A stretch of 64,000 bases of DNA, from contig NW_002060946.1 in assembly GCF_000150275.1 (NCBI RefSeq), positions 739,562-803,561 of the forward strand, in the 5' to 3' direction. Source of the stretch: Trichoplax adhaerens. Taxonomy: Eukaryota; Animalia; Placozoa. Positions 29,001 through 43,100 of the stretch are shown here, in pieces (position 1 is the first letter of the stretch; each line of letters starts with the position of its first letter). Below the pieces are notes generated by a model. The model made no database searches and was not told the DNA's origin. It saw nothing but the letters and a program-made list of their open reading frames with translations. A program made the translations under genes and the position numbers.

Positions 29001-30643
29001 TGCCATCATGAAATCATCAAAAGATAGTGCCCTCAGAGTAATATCGTTAACTCCCTTGACAGTACTCTTGTCCTTAAATTATTGAAATTTACTAACTTAC
29101 TACTGCTGAGGCAAGCTTAATTAATTCTAATGTTAACTTATGATAATTTTTAAAATAGTGTTAGACTAACTGCTGATGATTGAAAATAAGATTAATCCAA
29201 GTGTAAACTATTTAACTTTAAATCTATTACCATATAGATTTGTTACTTTCAAGTTTTAATCAGGATAGTTAGGAATTAGTATTGGAGTAGGCTTAATTTT
29301 AATATCAAGCAGGATAAGTTATTGCTACTATTCAAGATATTGTAGATGAGCTAAGTTAAATATTTTATTCTAATCATTTATATGAAAGGTGATTGTCTCT
29401 TTCCAGTTTTATAGAAGATATAGGTTTATTGATAGTCAGTAAAATTTTCAATCTATAGCAGAATAAAAGTACTTACCACTGCTAAGGATGGATAGGCTAA
29501 GCCTAATATTCCGTCAAATCTTGTCGTTTCGGTAAAGAACTCTTTTTGATTTGTAATTGCTGCAAATTGGATTCGTACTTGTTTATGTAAGCCAATCCCT
29601 AAATGGAGCATATCGCTAACCAATTGACCACTCCAGTAGCCTTTAACATAGCTGGAATCGATTCGTAAATTGGTTTCTTCTAGAGTTGATGATCTAAGAA
29701 AGTGGAAAATGTTGTGCTAACATTACTCTCTATGGTAAATCAATTAATTTTCTTTTCCTGTTTATACCTATTCATATGAAAGTAATGCTTAACAACAGGG
29801 CTAGGTGCAGCCATAATTCCACAGAAACTACTTCCAGTGTCCAAGATAACCCGTAGCTATATTGGCATAAATATTATCCCTTACTTATGATGTATAAATA
29901 GATCTATGATCATGAAATAAGTTGACAGTTTTTTATAATATAACGGAGATAATAAAATTAAGTAACATTAATATATCACATCATATTGTAACTTTATGAT
30001 ATGATCCGGTTATTGCATTGGAAATTTTGATTTTTATTCATTTATAAATATATCTTAGCTGTATATAAAATCGTGTCGTCTATTAAGAATGATGCATTCA
30101 TAGAATACTAGAAAATATTCGGACTTTGTAATCTCCAGACGATCCTTTAGATTTCTGGATTGTATAAACAAGCCTCTAGCCAACATTAACAGGATAACCA
30201 AGCGAAAATAGTAGCATTTTAATGCTATAGCTAGTGAAATTACTATACCGATCTAATAATCAAGTCGTATTATCAATCACTGTACTCTGCTATCCTGCTA
30301 TAATTTCATCTATCAGACTAAAATAGATAATGTCTCTATTAGTGCACTAGTTTCTTATCTTAATATTTCTCCAGTAATATAGATATACGGTCTTTATAAC
30401 TTTTCAATATTTGATTACCTTTTGAGGTGGTGTTCCTAACCATATCAACATGGAATAACCAGCTTGCCCTGATCCTCTGACTCTATCAAGGTAAATCCGA
30501 TCATTTTCTAACCGATGATGCTCGATAGGAATATTGGTAAGAGATCCATCATATATTCCATTCCCACTGGCTAAGGATAATGTTGAAATACATATTATGG
30601 AATACAAGATATTCAGTATGAAGGCAAACATTGTTTTATTCAT
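26094..30643 (-). CDS. BACE-like pepsin-family (A1) aspartic protease, paralog C; signal peptide, no transmembrane exon found
   Basis: Exons ~30643-30419, 29856-29768 (LRVILDTGSSFCGI), 29693-29477 (FDGILGLAYPSLA), 28996-28853, 28436-28302 (TLGGID...YTPIVEKYYY), 27858-27757 (ALVDSGTS), 27649-27477, 26626-26543, ~26432-26340 (ILGDVVMKGFSVTFDR...GFAVSKCA) and 26176-26094 (EQSYTVKPAIDGPQ...stop). Both catalytic Asp motifs are intact. Confidence 0.88.
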
Positions 30644-33137
30644 AACTTATAATTTTGAATATTGCTAATTCATGAATCTTTTTATTGATCTAGTCAGTGC
30701 TTAATCGAGGTTATAGCACGTTGAAAATAGACACTAGCTGAACAAATAAACTTAGGAAGAAGCGATGGGCTATGTTCTGGACGAAAGCTTTTTAAATAAA
30801 ACTTTTCTTTACGTCTCTCTACTATATTACGTTATTAATTAGTATTATCAGAAAGGTAATTATATTACATTTATGAAACAGAACATTAGAGAGCTCCCAT
30901 GGTCATCATTTTCATTCATTTTCATCATTTTAATGGAATTTGTGATTTTTTGTTGTTTACTCCATTTATCAGTATCATTACAAATTAAATTAATTAGCCC
31001 AGATGGTTGAAAGCTATGAAAATTTCATTTAATCTAACGTATAAATATAGTAGCTATAATTTCGATAGTATATTCTATAGATCTTGTACGTTATCTGATG
31101 AGCAGAACTTAAAGGTTTCCTCTAATTTATTTGCTTTAACTATATTATCTATGGTGTATTTTAAAAATCACATATCTGGTATGTAGAGCTTAAAGGCTTC
31201 CCAAATTTCTATGCTACAAACCGCTATAATATTGAGAAATATAGATCGATTTCGTATTGTTTCTAAGACCTTTCTAAAAAATTTTTCTTATAAATTCATG
31301 ATGATGTCTTCTTTTTATCACATTACCTCAATTCCTATGTATACATGTTCCTAAAATGTTTTAGAATTCTTGATCGGTCCAGTATGATTACTAAAAGAAT
31401 TTAATAAGCTCGTAATGCATGCTATGAAAGATATACGTATGTATGTTAAATGATGTCGTATCACGATCGTTGCTTCTGCTATACCGTATAAAAGTCCAAA
31501 TTAAATTAGCAGTAGCAGTTATTCACATACCCCTGTGTACGGTAAATTCTTAACTAATACATCAGAATAACGAGTGATAAATAGAGCTGTCAAGGTTATG
31601 ATGCTCATAATAGCTACTACATCAACAATAGATGGCTAAAATGTAGAGAGTTGGGTAATATAGAGTAAAATTCATTAAATTGCAATAGCTATCCTTCATT
31701 TATTATCATTCTATATGGGAAAAAATATCTTACTACTACATAACTGCAGCATTGGAGACGTAGAAGGATGCATAGATCGAAAATATAGACCAACATCTAT
31801 TCTAGAGATATTGTATCTAGCAAGTGGAATTTAAGTTTCCACAAGTTACATACGCGTATACCACAAGTTCGATATTGGGAAATATTGATCCAGCTACTAT
31901 GACTCAAAATCTTCTATGATCTTGAGATGACATTAAGAGACGCTAATTCATTTTACGTTATTTCTTAATAGTTTAGAAGTGATTTACGGCCTTCTTTATT
32001 TAACATTACCGTTAAATTTTTATCTTTGTAAATCTCTATAAACGATAGAAATATATTCGAGTCTTGTATTTCTCTTCTATCAAGCTTTACAATGATCTAA
32101 AAGTCCTTCTAAAAATTCATATAAGATTAATATGATGTCAAAATACTGATTAATATTTCTTTATCGCTTTTATATGTGGCTAGCCATGAATCTTATGCTA
32201 GTTTAGCACACAATGTAGTGATGTAACCATATTTGATTATAAGGATAGCTATATTTGATTGTGTTAATAGCTATATTTGATATAGTTAGGTTACTCTAAA
32301 TAGATATTATCGTGAAGCCAATATTGGATGATTGCTAACTACTATATTAGAAGTATCTGATGACTAATATTAGCCAGTCGACTAATTATGGTACAAGATT
32401 TGTGTGGATAGAAACACTGTAGTTGTTAAGATGCCCTTCGAAGAAAGGGGCCAGATGTTAATAGAAGAGTAGTGATATCTTAAGTAGAATGATTTAGATT
32501 CTAGAAAATAATGATGCACTATTTGAGAAAAGTATTTTGTTTGATGACTCAGATCTGATTGTAGATTAATCAAGTCGTCATAAATGGATTTAACTAAACG
32601 TACTCGTATATAAGAACTGTAGAGATGAGCTTACGAGGGAGAAGAGACTTCCACTTCGCTTTGAGCCCGGAATGCTTTAGATTATGAACTAGATTCTTGT
32701 AGTAATTAATTATTGCTCTACTATTCCTAAAATCTTATAATAAAAGCCTTTTTAAAATACCATTTGACTAAGATAGTTATTGTGAGACACTTTTATTACA
32801 CACACTCTCTACTCTATTAACATTACCTTACAAATACATCTAGACTCTCCAACTGGATGAATTTAAACGCATTTCATTAATGCAAAATTGTAGCAATAAA
32901 GGGTCAATTACAGTTACGCAAGGCCATGACTAACGGTATTTACACATAATTTAAGTGGATTAAATTGATAAAAGAACTTTAAATCTCTATCAAATAACTA
33001 CAATAAAATCATCTTTTTCACGAAAAATAGAACCCATCAATAAAGCTTTAATTCGATATTAAATCTGAGGACAATAGAATTGACCGCAAAAATCATTGTA
33101 GAATTATTCCAGCCCTTCTTGAGTTCATGATTAAAAT

Positions 33138-36100
33138 CTAATCTGATTCTGTAGGACCATTATCAGCAAGTGAATTATCACGGCTACCATATTGCTCTTC
33201 TGCGTTAGAGTAGGCTGGTGGATGGTGAGGAGAACTTACTTGACGATAGGGGTAGTCATTACTGCTTTTATTTCGATGATGATTAAAGTAGATGCAAGTC
33301 ATGACGCCAATACTAATACAAGTCATAAATAAACTAATGCTGGCCAAAACCACAGATACAATAGCCACGCTATCTTCCGACGATGAGGAAATATTTTGAA
33401 TATTAAGGCTACCATCTAATACGTATTTATCGTTATGGATTGGACGAAAAAGGTAAATTAAAATATATGAATTAGAAAGCAATAGTAATTTTAATATATA
33501 GGAAAGAATTATAGCTTCATTATTAAGCTAGAAAATAATATAGTAGTAAATAAATACTACTTCTGTAAGGGGTTTTAACTGTATGACATACTTTTAACCC
33601 TTTCTAGCCTATTAATCCCTGGACTGACTGTTAAATTCTTAGCTAGAAATGATATAAAAATTTCGTTAAATTTAACAGATTAAAACCATTCGCTTACTCT
33701 ATACACGGTATAACATCAGATATCTATCCTCGGAATGCAAGAAAGTTTAAATAAAATCTTCTTATAGAGCAGGTAAATGAAAAGAGAATGAGGTTTGCGT
33801 AAAATCAATTTCTTTACAAATTAGTCTATACGCTACTAGCTAACAGACCTGCAAAACGAGATACTGCAAAACCAACTTGATTATTTATTCTATCAAAAAC
33901 GACGGTATAACCTTCCATAAGTGCATCGCCCAATATTATAACCGGGGCATCTAGAAAGTTAAGCCAAGAATTAATGTAATGTAGATATCTTAATGTATCA
34001 AGGCAATATCATTTTGTCTTACCATTAGAGGAAGGGGAAATAGAAAAAGTATAACATGGAAAGCCCAAGTTGCGAACTGTCTCCGACAGACGTATGTATT
34101 GCTATGCAAAAATATGGAAATCATTCGGTAACTTAGTGATATCAGCCTTAATTTGTGATTTCTATCTTTAATCATTTGCAAAGTTATACATGTATTCGTC
34201 TAGCACAATCATCTAACTTTTTGATGCGTTAACGATATTCAATTTTACCTGAGGGGAAATAGCTAAATTAAAACGGCTAGACTCGTAAGCCAACACTCCA
34301 TCTACTCCAGCTAAGGGTAAAGTAAATTCTATAATAGGTAGTGATGACCAAGCAATTCCTAATCCAGCTGGACATATTACTTCTCTTCCTTCCCAGAATA
34401 GTTTTGGTGCTTGAATCTAACCAATGAAAAGAAAATGGAGATTTCATTATGGATTAAAACGGCGATGATGTTCTCATTTCTTTGATAAAGTAATATTTAA
34501 TGGCGTTATACTCGGTTTATTCACATGCATATCAATTTCTTAAGCTTAGATTAGAAGTTTGATCAGAAATACTTCACTGTAACTTACGAATTTCTGAAGA
34601 CTGTGAACTATGGTCCGGAAAACAGCAGGTGGAACGACAATCTCAGTAGTTCCACTATCGACAAAGGTGACATATTTTTCATACTAGGATTGAGAAAGAA
34701 CAGCAATTAAGGAAGAAATAGAGATCAAGTTGGACTTACCACAGATTATTTTTACTGGTGATTGTAGAGTATCTTATTAAAGTAAGTAGGATAATCCAAA
34801 TAAGGATAAATACACAACTATTTTCTCTGTCTATCACTGTTACATAAATGGACTTGCTACAACTATATTTACTGGTAAAAAAATTTCTTGACAAATCAAG
34901 GAACCATATCTTCAAACAAAATATACCTAATTTCCTCGACGATAATGTATTGTACAACTGTTTCTTTTACACTTCACAAATTAAGATTACTACAATTACA
35001 GTTACTGACAGAAAAAATAGGATACATCCAAATAAGATGTATCCAATTTCCTCGAGAATAATGTAAAAGTATTTCCCTTCATACAGTATTAGCTGACAAT
35101 ATTGATTTAGTGTAATTATATTTACTGAAGAACGATAGAAATTCTTAACGAAATGGGGAAGATATTTAATTTTCTGGATGTGTAGGCAAAACCAGTTTTT
35201 TAAATGTCATATTACACAATAAACTTCAATGGCCGTTTCTACTATATCATTAGTTGGATTTTAAAGCAAAATTACCCCATGACAACACATTGTTATTGGT
35301 TTTCCATCCACAGATATATTTAATAGCTTGACTTCATAATACCATTTCTTGATAACTGGTGTGTAGTAAACATGACCTAAAAACAGTGTACGATCAATGC
35401 CACCAAAAGTCTAAAAGAGTACAAGATTAGAATGGATCAGTGTTTTAAAAACCGCTGATCCCAACGATTCAGGTTTCAAAACGATAGAATTTATAATCAA
35501 GCAATCGTGGATACCATTTCACCGCCATAGTTACTATCCTTTGAAGTCCAAGATAACCCTTTGCTTAGAACTGGACCATATAATGTCAAGGAAAAGATAT
35601 TGGCAATTCCAGTTTTATCGACTAATTGATCAAAGAAGGTTTTAGTCGGAGTCCCTATTGGCTATAAGAATAAACTTTGATTAGATATTTTCTGGAGAAA
35701 ACTTACGTATAAAAATTCTCATGATATACGACTTCAACATATTCACTTTTTTTACTCATTTTTACGCTATCTATTGATAGAGCTAAAGATTAAATAGGAC
35801 GTTCATCTCCATCGATTCTCTTATAGTGGATCATTTGAGACTATCTATCATAGTTTGTTATAAATTCATGCGTAAAATGATGATGCGGCGGTAATATACT
35901 TATAGTAGCAAGAGAGCTAGCATCGAAGAACGAGCGGACTGTATGATGTTACCATTACTGAATATTACGTTAGATATTAATAAAGAAAAATATTATTGCA
36001 TTTACCATTTCAATTGATGAATAACCCATACCAATAATGCTTTGCCATACATCACTTGATGGAAAAAATTGATAGGAATAAATAATACCTGAAAAATCTT

Positions 36101-37120
36101 GTCGTATAGCACGATTAAATCCAACGTCTAGATGGACAATATCAGACATGAGGTCACCAGTCCAAGTTCCTTTTCCATACTGGACTGTAACTTGCTGAGA
36201 TCTATTTTGAAATGTTGACGATCTAGAATAGATGAAAAATATTATCGATCCTATTAATTTATTGATACAAAAGAGTATTGGATGATATTAGCCTATTAAA
36301 GTCATAGCAATACCTGCGAGAATGATAGTAGGAAGGAACACCAGCATTAGGAGATGCTGCTATGGCGAAATTGCTACTACCTGTATCGACAAGGGCGTTA
36401 AACTATATTGATGCAAAAGTAATGGATGATTTAATCGGGTTCAAGCCACGTAAAAAATAATCCTTATTTAATATAAAATCGATAAAACTTTAAAGAAATA
36501 AAGAAATAAGAGTAAGGATAAGAATTTTAGTTGGTTGATATTTTAATGGAGGTAAAAGACAGTTTTGTTTCTAGGTAAAAAGAAGTTTAAAGCTAAAATG
36601 GATTGAAGTTAAACTACGAATTAAATTTTAATGAATTAGAAAATATGAGCGAGGATTATAACTAAAGGTTATAGGCTGGTTAATATTTTTACTCTAATTC
36701 AGTAATTTGAAAAAATAATTTTCATCAAGTAGAAAGACTACTTTACAGTATACTAAAATTTATACAAGATTTAATAGAAAAATAAAACTTTCACAGAATA
36801 GAAGATAAAGTCGAAAGGCAGAAATTAAAAGTTTGTTTCTTCTTTCTCTATCAGAAGATCTAATTGGACTTTACTTGTTGTCCTGGAGTGCCAACAGTAA
36901 TATGGATAGCATAACCAATGTCTGGAAAGCCGCGCATTCTGTCTATTCGGGTAGAAAGTTCGGATGGGGCATTTTGAAAGTTATTTTCTTTCCATTTGTG
37001 CACCCGATACAACGAGTACTTATGAATCTTGACGGATTTATCAATCTTATCGAAAGGTATATCACCAGCTACCATCATAAAAGCCAAGATATTGAGAATA
37101 AATCGCCAAACAATATTCAT
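33138..37120 (-). CDS. BACE-like aspartic protease, paralog B; type I membrane protein
   Basis: Exons ~37120-36875 (signal peptide; GYAIHITVGTPGQQ), 36402-36314 (ALVDTGSSNFAIA), 36222-36006, 35661-35515, 35410-35277 (TFGGID...YTPVIKKWYY), 34684-34588 (FVDSGTT), 34417-34249, ~34082-34003, ~33950-33849 (ILGDALMEGYTVVFDR), ~33642-33592 and 33416-33138 (TM helix plus tail with PPAY). Confidence 0.9.
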
Positions 37121-40100
37121 TTTCTAGAAAAGTTCAGAATTTTAGAATTACAGTAGATTGTAGAATTATAGTAGGTTGTACTGCTACATCACTGAACGAT
37201 TTACGTTTACTACAGATTGATTAAAAATGTGCAAAAAAATATGATTACTCTATCAAGGCTAGTGACAAAGGCAAGCTATTGGAAGGGGTATATTTTGGTA
37301 ACTTCTAAACCGTTTTACGAACTGTTAAATATTTGATTTAATGAATGATGAACCAGTATAAATCAAAGATTTACCGTACCGTAAATGGAAAATTTCTCTT
37401 GTAATAAAAATCGATATGAATAACTGTGGTATAGTTTTTTCCTTATTGTATGGATGGATACCACCTAATCACAATAGTTTGCTCATTTTTATCGTATCCA
37501 GTCTCAATGGATGGATATATAACGATCCAACAATAATCACCTGGTGAACTGCATACCAATTACCTAAATTAAGAAACCGTTATTTGTAATGGCTGTTCAA
37601 TTAAAATAGATAAATGAAAGGGTCACAAGTGCATAACCGTCAAAATCACCTAAGGATTAGTGAGTGCTTCAATCAGATAATACTTTGTAACGATAGATTA
37701 GGAGGGTACCAGTCTTAGTAGGGAAAAGGTTAATTTTATTACCGATCTATTTCATTCTATTAAGATACAACGGAAACAGTTTGAAATAATAAGATTACGA
37801 TAAAATTGATCGTTAACTCGATTTCTAAACGGCCTAGATTAATTCTTTAAATTAATCTTATTAATGATTTTAATACGATGAAAATTTCATATTACTTCAC
37901 TTTAAGACAAAACGCTACGTCATAAAGATTGCTATCATTATATTATAAGAATTCGTAAACCATAAGGTTTGTATTTACTGAAAATTTAAATATAAATTGA
38001 TTTTTAGACAATGCAATTAAATATTCCAATGATTCCTTGGAGGATGGCAAAAGTTATGAAATATGGTTAGGATATGCTCTACCGTTCAAATATTGTATGA
38101 GCTACAGTAGTATACCAGACCCTGCTCATGATACCGTATTTCGCGCCCATAGTGCTAATCACATCTTATTTGCCGTCTGATACGAAATATAGATACTTTT
38201 TCATCGACAGTAGGTCACGGTCAGCACGTGCCTCTCTTCAGGCTAAATTGTGAAGCCCAAACTTTATTAAATTGCTTACTAATTCCTGATTTAGAAGGGT
38301 AAATATTAGATAATGTTACTTCGATAACATTATGAAAGGCTACCCGCTGTCTACACAGATGTGTATAATATCATAGATAAGATTGCTTATTTAAAGTTTA
38401 TCTATCTATCTATAAAGATTATATCGCGAATACCATACAAAAGTCATTCCGTAATTGTACTATCTAAATATTATTGTTGCGATATCGTAATACAGTCTGT
38501 CTTATGATTAGATAGTTAAGAAAGTTATCTGATTACCTATTGATAAAAATATTCTCAAATTTGTTACATCTCGTTAGATTCGTAGATATTATAGCGGTAA
38601 TTGTCTTGCCGTCTTGTAATAGAAATTATAAATTACTTAACAACGGTAACTATCTAATGCTGTCATGCTTATGAGTAATATTGAAGGGCAGAGGCATTAA
38701 TGAATTACGACGTGATTGATACGGTCAATTTTCTATCACAGGTGATTGAGTGACCCAAATCATCTGATATATTAATGACTAAAGGCTAAAATACGGAGGT
38801 ACTATTGCATCATGAATATGATGGCTAAGTCTGATGTATTGTGCAATAATTATAGGTGAGATTGGTAGTATGAAGCATTAATGATGATAACTAATAAAAT
38901 TAAAACCTACCAGCCTGTAGAACGCAATTGTGGCCTCTGCTATACTGTACCGCACGAAAGTCCAAACGAAATTGGCAATATTGACTATTTGACATGCCCA
39001 TATGCAAGACAAACACTCCAAAATGTATCGATACAACCCCGTGATAGATAGAATTACTATAGTTGTTATGATATCTAAAAGTAGAAAAGTGGAATTTATA
39101 ATAGCTACTATATCAATCATGCGCAACTACTGTAGAGCGCTGTACAATATAGAGGAATATTCATTAAATAGCAATTGCTATTATTTATCACAATTTTTTA
39201 CACGCCAGAAATATCGCGCTACTATATATTTGTAGTACTAGAGATGTAGGATGCGTAATATAAAATTTGCACACACATACATGTATTTAAATATAGATCA
39301 GAGCACCTGTTTACATTTGTAACTGTACATGCATATATAAGTATTGCATAGCCCCAAATTTAGGTAGAGATCTAGATAGGCACATAAATTTAAAATCTTG
39401 ACATACAAATATTTTGAAATCATAGGTATTGTATTTTATTATAGCTGAGCATTATAGATATATAGAGAGATCATAAAATTTACGTTATAAGTTTGGAATC
39501 TTTAAACACAATTTAAGTATGAGTATTTAATCATAGTCATTTACGCATTCCACTTTGATAAAGCTGATATAAAAGAAAATTAAATCAATCACAAATACTA
39601 AATTAATGTATATATGTATATATTATTTACTATCAGCAAACTAAACTATAGATAATTGAAACCTCTGCTGTTACGGGCCGGAATTTTGGAAACATTTATA
39701 TGTTACTGATATGAAGCATCAGAGGGATATTAAAATTATTTATCATCAAAGCAGAACTCACTGATGATATGTCGCAAATAGATACGAATTACTATATAGT
39801 AATCAGCAGCTCTATCTTACCAAATCATTTATAATATAATAAAGATTTGTTAGCTTATAGCAATATTTGTTGGCTTGGATGGAATATTTATGTAATGTAT
39901 AAAGACTAACCTTTAATTTCTATTTGCTAAGAGCGAAATATATAATTTTTTATCGAAGCCATTAAGATTAAATCATAATTGATATATCTTGCTCAAAGAA
40001 TGAGCTAATGTAATAACCATTTTCTTTCTCCCTTTCACCGTTGATGAATACACGTTCGAATTATTCTCTCGATACATATAAGTAAGACTATCATTTTACA

Positions 40101-40149
40101 TTACTTGACCGACAATCTAAGGCTATAGATATCTTGAAGAATATTGTAA

Positions 40150-43100
40150 TTATTCGGTTTCAGCATATTCAGGAGGATTTCCTGGTGGGGCTTGATATCG
40201 ATATGGATAGGATCCAGCAGCTTCACTGTTGCTGTAAGCGCTACCTGCAGGATTAGGAGGTGGACGATCATAGTAAGCCGATGATGAATTTGGTTGTAGT
40301 TGTTTCGATTCCTGAACTTCTTGTGGATCGGCATAGGGCATATCATTCCTTCCAGATTGAACCTTAAGATGGACAACCATCACCATAAAGAAGCCAATTA
40401 CAAATATAGCGGCACCCACACTACCTATAACGATAGCCACTGGACTGACATTGGACGTTCCAGTTACATCGCAGGAATTGTTACCTATAAAATCATCGAA
40501 GTTATAAAATATATGAAAGACACTTGAGATTATTAACTGCCTTGGGTGATTTAATGGCTTAAATATATCCAAGATTGTATTTGATTAAGATTTTTGATAA
40601 TTATCTCTTCATCAATATCAACTATTGAGATTCATATTAATAACAATCGTGCAATAAAGCCTTTTAGAATCTTACTTGTATCCATCTAACATTTCTAATA
40701 GATACAGTAAGTTAACTTTAATTCCCTATATAGTATAAAGCAGATGCAGCGTGCTGTATGCACTCGTATCGAGTAATCAAAAGTTATAAGTAACGCCGTG
40801 TTGATAAATATATCAGTATAGCAACCACTTGTGAAGTATGATACTAGTGAGCGAACAGATATAGTAATAAATTCTTGCACTTATACCATGATAAGACGAT
40901 AAATATTTAAAACAGATTGAAAGAAATTAGCAACATTATGAAATAGTTACTAATAACTTGAAAAATTTATGCAGTATTGTCGCCATTAGTCTGCATGGAT
41001 AGCACTATTATCGATTCCTGGACTAAAATACCAAGATCGTATATATATATGTTACTTTATTTAACTTAGTTATCGATAATTAATCTATTTCTTACAAGAT
41101 GTCGTGAGTAGATCGTAAGAATAAAATCATAAAGTTAATGTTACTTTATAAATTTAAAGGGTTGTTACCTCTTATTTGTGGTCCAAGAACGACGGGTTTA
41201 ACCTGATAATTTTGTACTGTGCATATATTCATTTGCAACACAAAATATGGCAATAAGCAACAGAGAATAAAAAAAATTACCATTATCATCATCTATTGAT
41301 GAATAATTATCGATATATGATTCCTCTATCTTTGATTATAAAAATAACTTACTAGCACATTTAGAAGCTGCAAAACCGACACGAGTATTTTCCCGATCAA
41401 ACATAACAGTAAAGCCTTCCATAATTACATCACCAAGAATGATACCTATTGATTTTAGGATAGCAAAATGTTAATATACCCTTTCCTTGCGATATTATGT
41501 GTAGAGCTTATTGAGATTCTTTAATACTTTAACTCATTTAAATTAGAAATTAAGAACTTACCGGAACCTTGAGATCGTTCAACTCCGAAACCATAGCATG
41601 GACTATTATGAACGGTAACATGTTCAGCTAATCGTAAATATTGCTGTAAATCGTATCAAGAATATGATATCGTGAAATTATTGACATAAACACCCACTTG
41701 CTATCATATTTCAACATGAATTAGTGAAATTTCTATTATATCGTTAGTACAAAAGATGGATAGATTGTCTTATTAACATTATTATCTAATATTTAAATAC
41801 GGCGCACCAATATTTTCCTGTACACCCGCAATTTAATGTCATGAATGATCTAATCAGAGGGATTTTTTTATTTTAAAGTAAGGTAAATCACAACTTGAAT
41901 AAAATCTATACATTTAAAAGTGATATGGTTAATATTGAAATATTCTTGTTGATTTAAGACTAATTGTAATGTCATTTCGCCACTATACTGTATACTACAA
42001 TTTAAGATTACTGTTGGAACTTTGACTATGAAAATAGGCAGACTTAAATTTCACTTAATTAGCTTATTTACGTATTTTCGATGACTAAACTTAGCCATTA
42101 AGTGACTTTATGTCAAAACTTTAGTATTGCTTATACTTAGAATAGCTATTAAATATTAAGAGTAATTTCTGCAAAGTTAAATTAGGGATGTAGTATCAAA
42201 AATTCTTTTGCACGGTTGAGTATGGTAATTACCTGAGGAGGAATCATAAGTGTAAATTGTCCGTGTTCTTGCTTATTTGTCTTATTAACATCGGATAAAT
42301 CCAATGCAATCTCCAAGTAGGGAAAACCATTCCATTGTGCATTATTAGCTTCCCAGCATAAAGCTTCCCTTCCTTCCCAAAATCCATTCGGTACCTGAAC
42401 CTGTTATGTTTGGAGTAAATAAAATACATCGGCGCTTCTTAGTAGATTTTCTCTTGTCTAGTTTAGTATTATTTAAATGTTATGTTATCTAGTAAAGATT
42501 ATCTATAACGTATATTTATTAACATAACATAACCCTATAGTATTTAAATTTCATTGAGCAACTTATTCTTGATTACAATAAATACTAGAAATTTTTAATA
42601 CGACGTTGACCACCGTACAAGTTCTATACAGTATAGGAATATACATTAGTGCAATTTTAGGCTTACTGATGTCATTGAACGAGCAAAAGCAATAATCCTG
42701 TTAAATATTGATTCTGGAACTCGAAAATTAGTCGTACCACTGTCCACGATGGTTTTATATTGATTGTACTGAAACGATAATGGTATTAAGAAAATAAAAA
42801 TTAGTACTATTGTGTTTGCATAGACTAGACTATAACCAATGTTTGTTAGGATATAATGCAACTAATCAAGTTTTTTTACTGTCGATCTAGTATTAGGTAA
42901 ATAAAATTAGGAATGATTATGAATTTATGTCTATACCCTCCTGTATTATGTACTGACGGAATTAGTCATATTATAGGCTAGGGTAATTAATGAATTGTTT
43001 AAAGAATCAAAAAAGGATTCGATATAATTTAATTACAAGTACCTTGTAATTTTAATATCTTAACTTTAGACATTAGAATACATGGTACGGATATTAGAAA

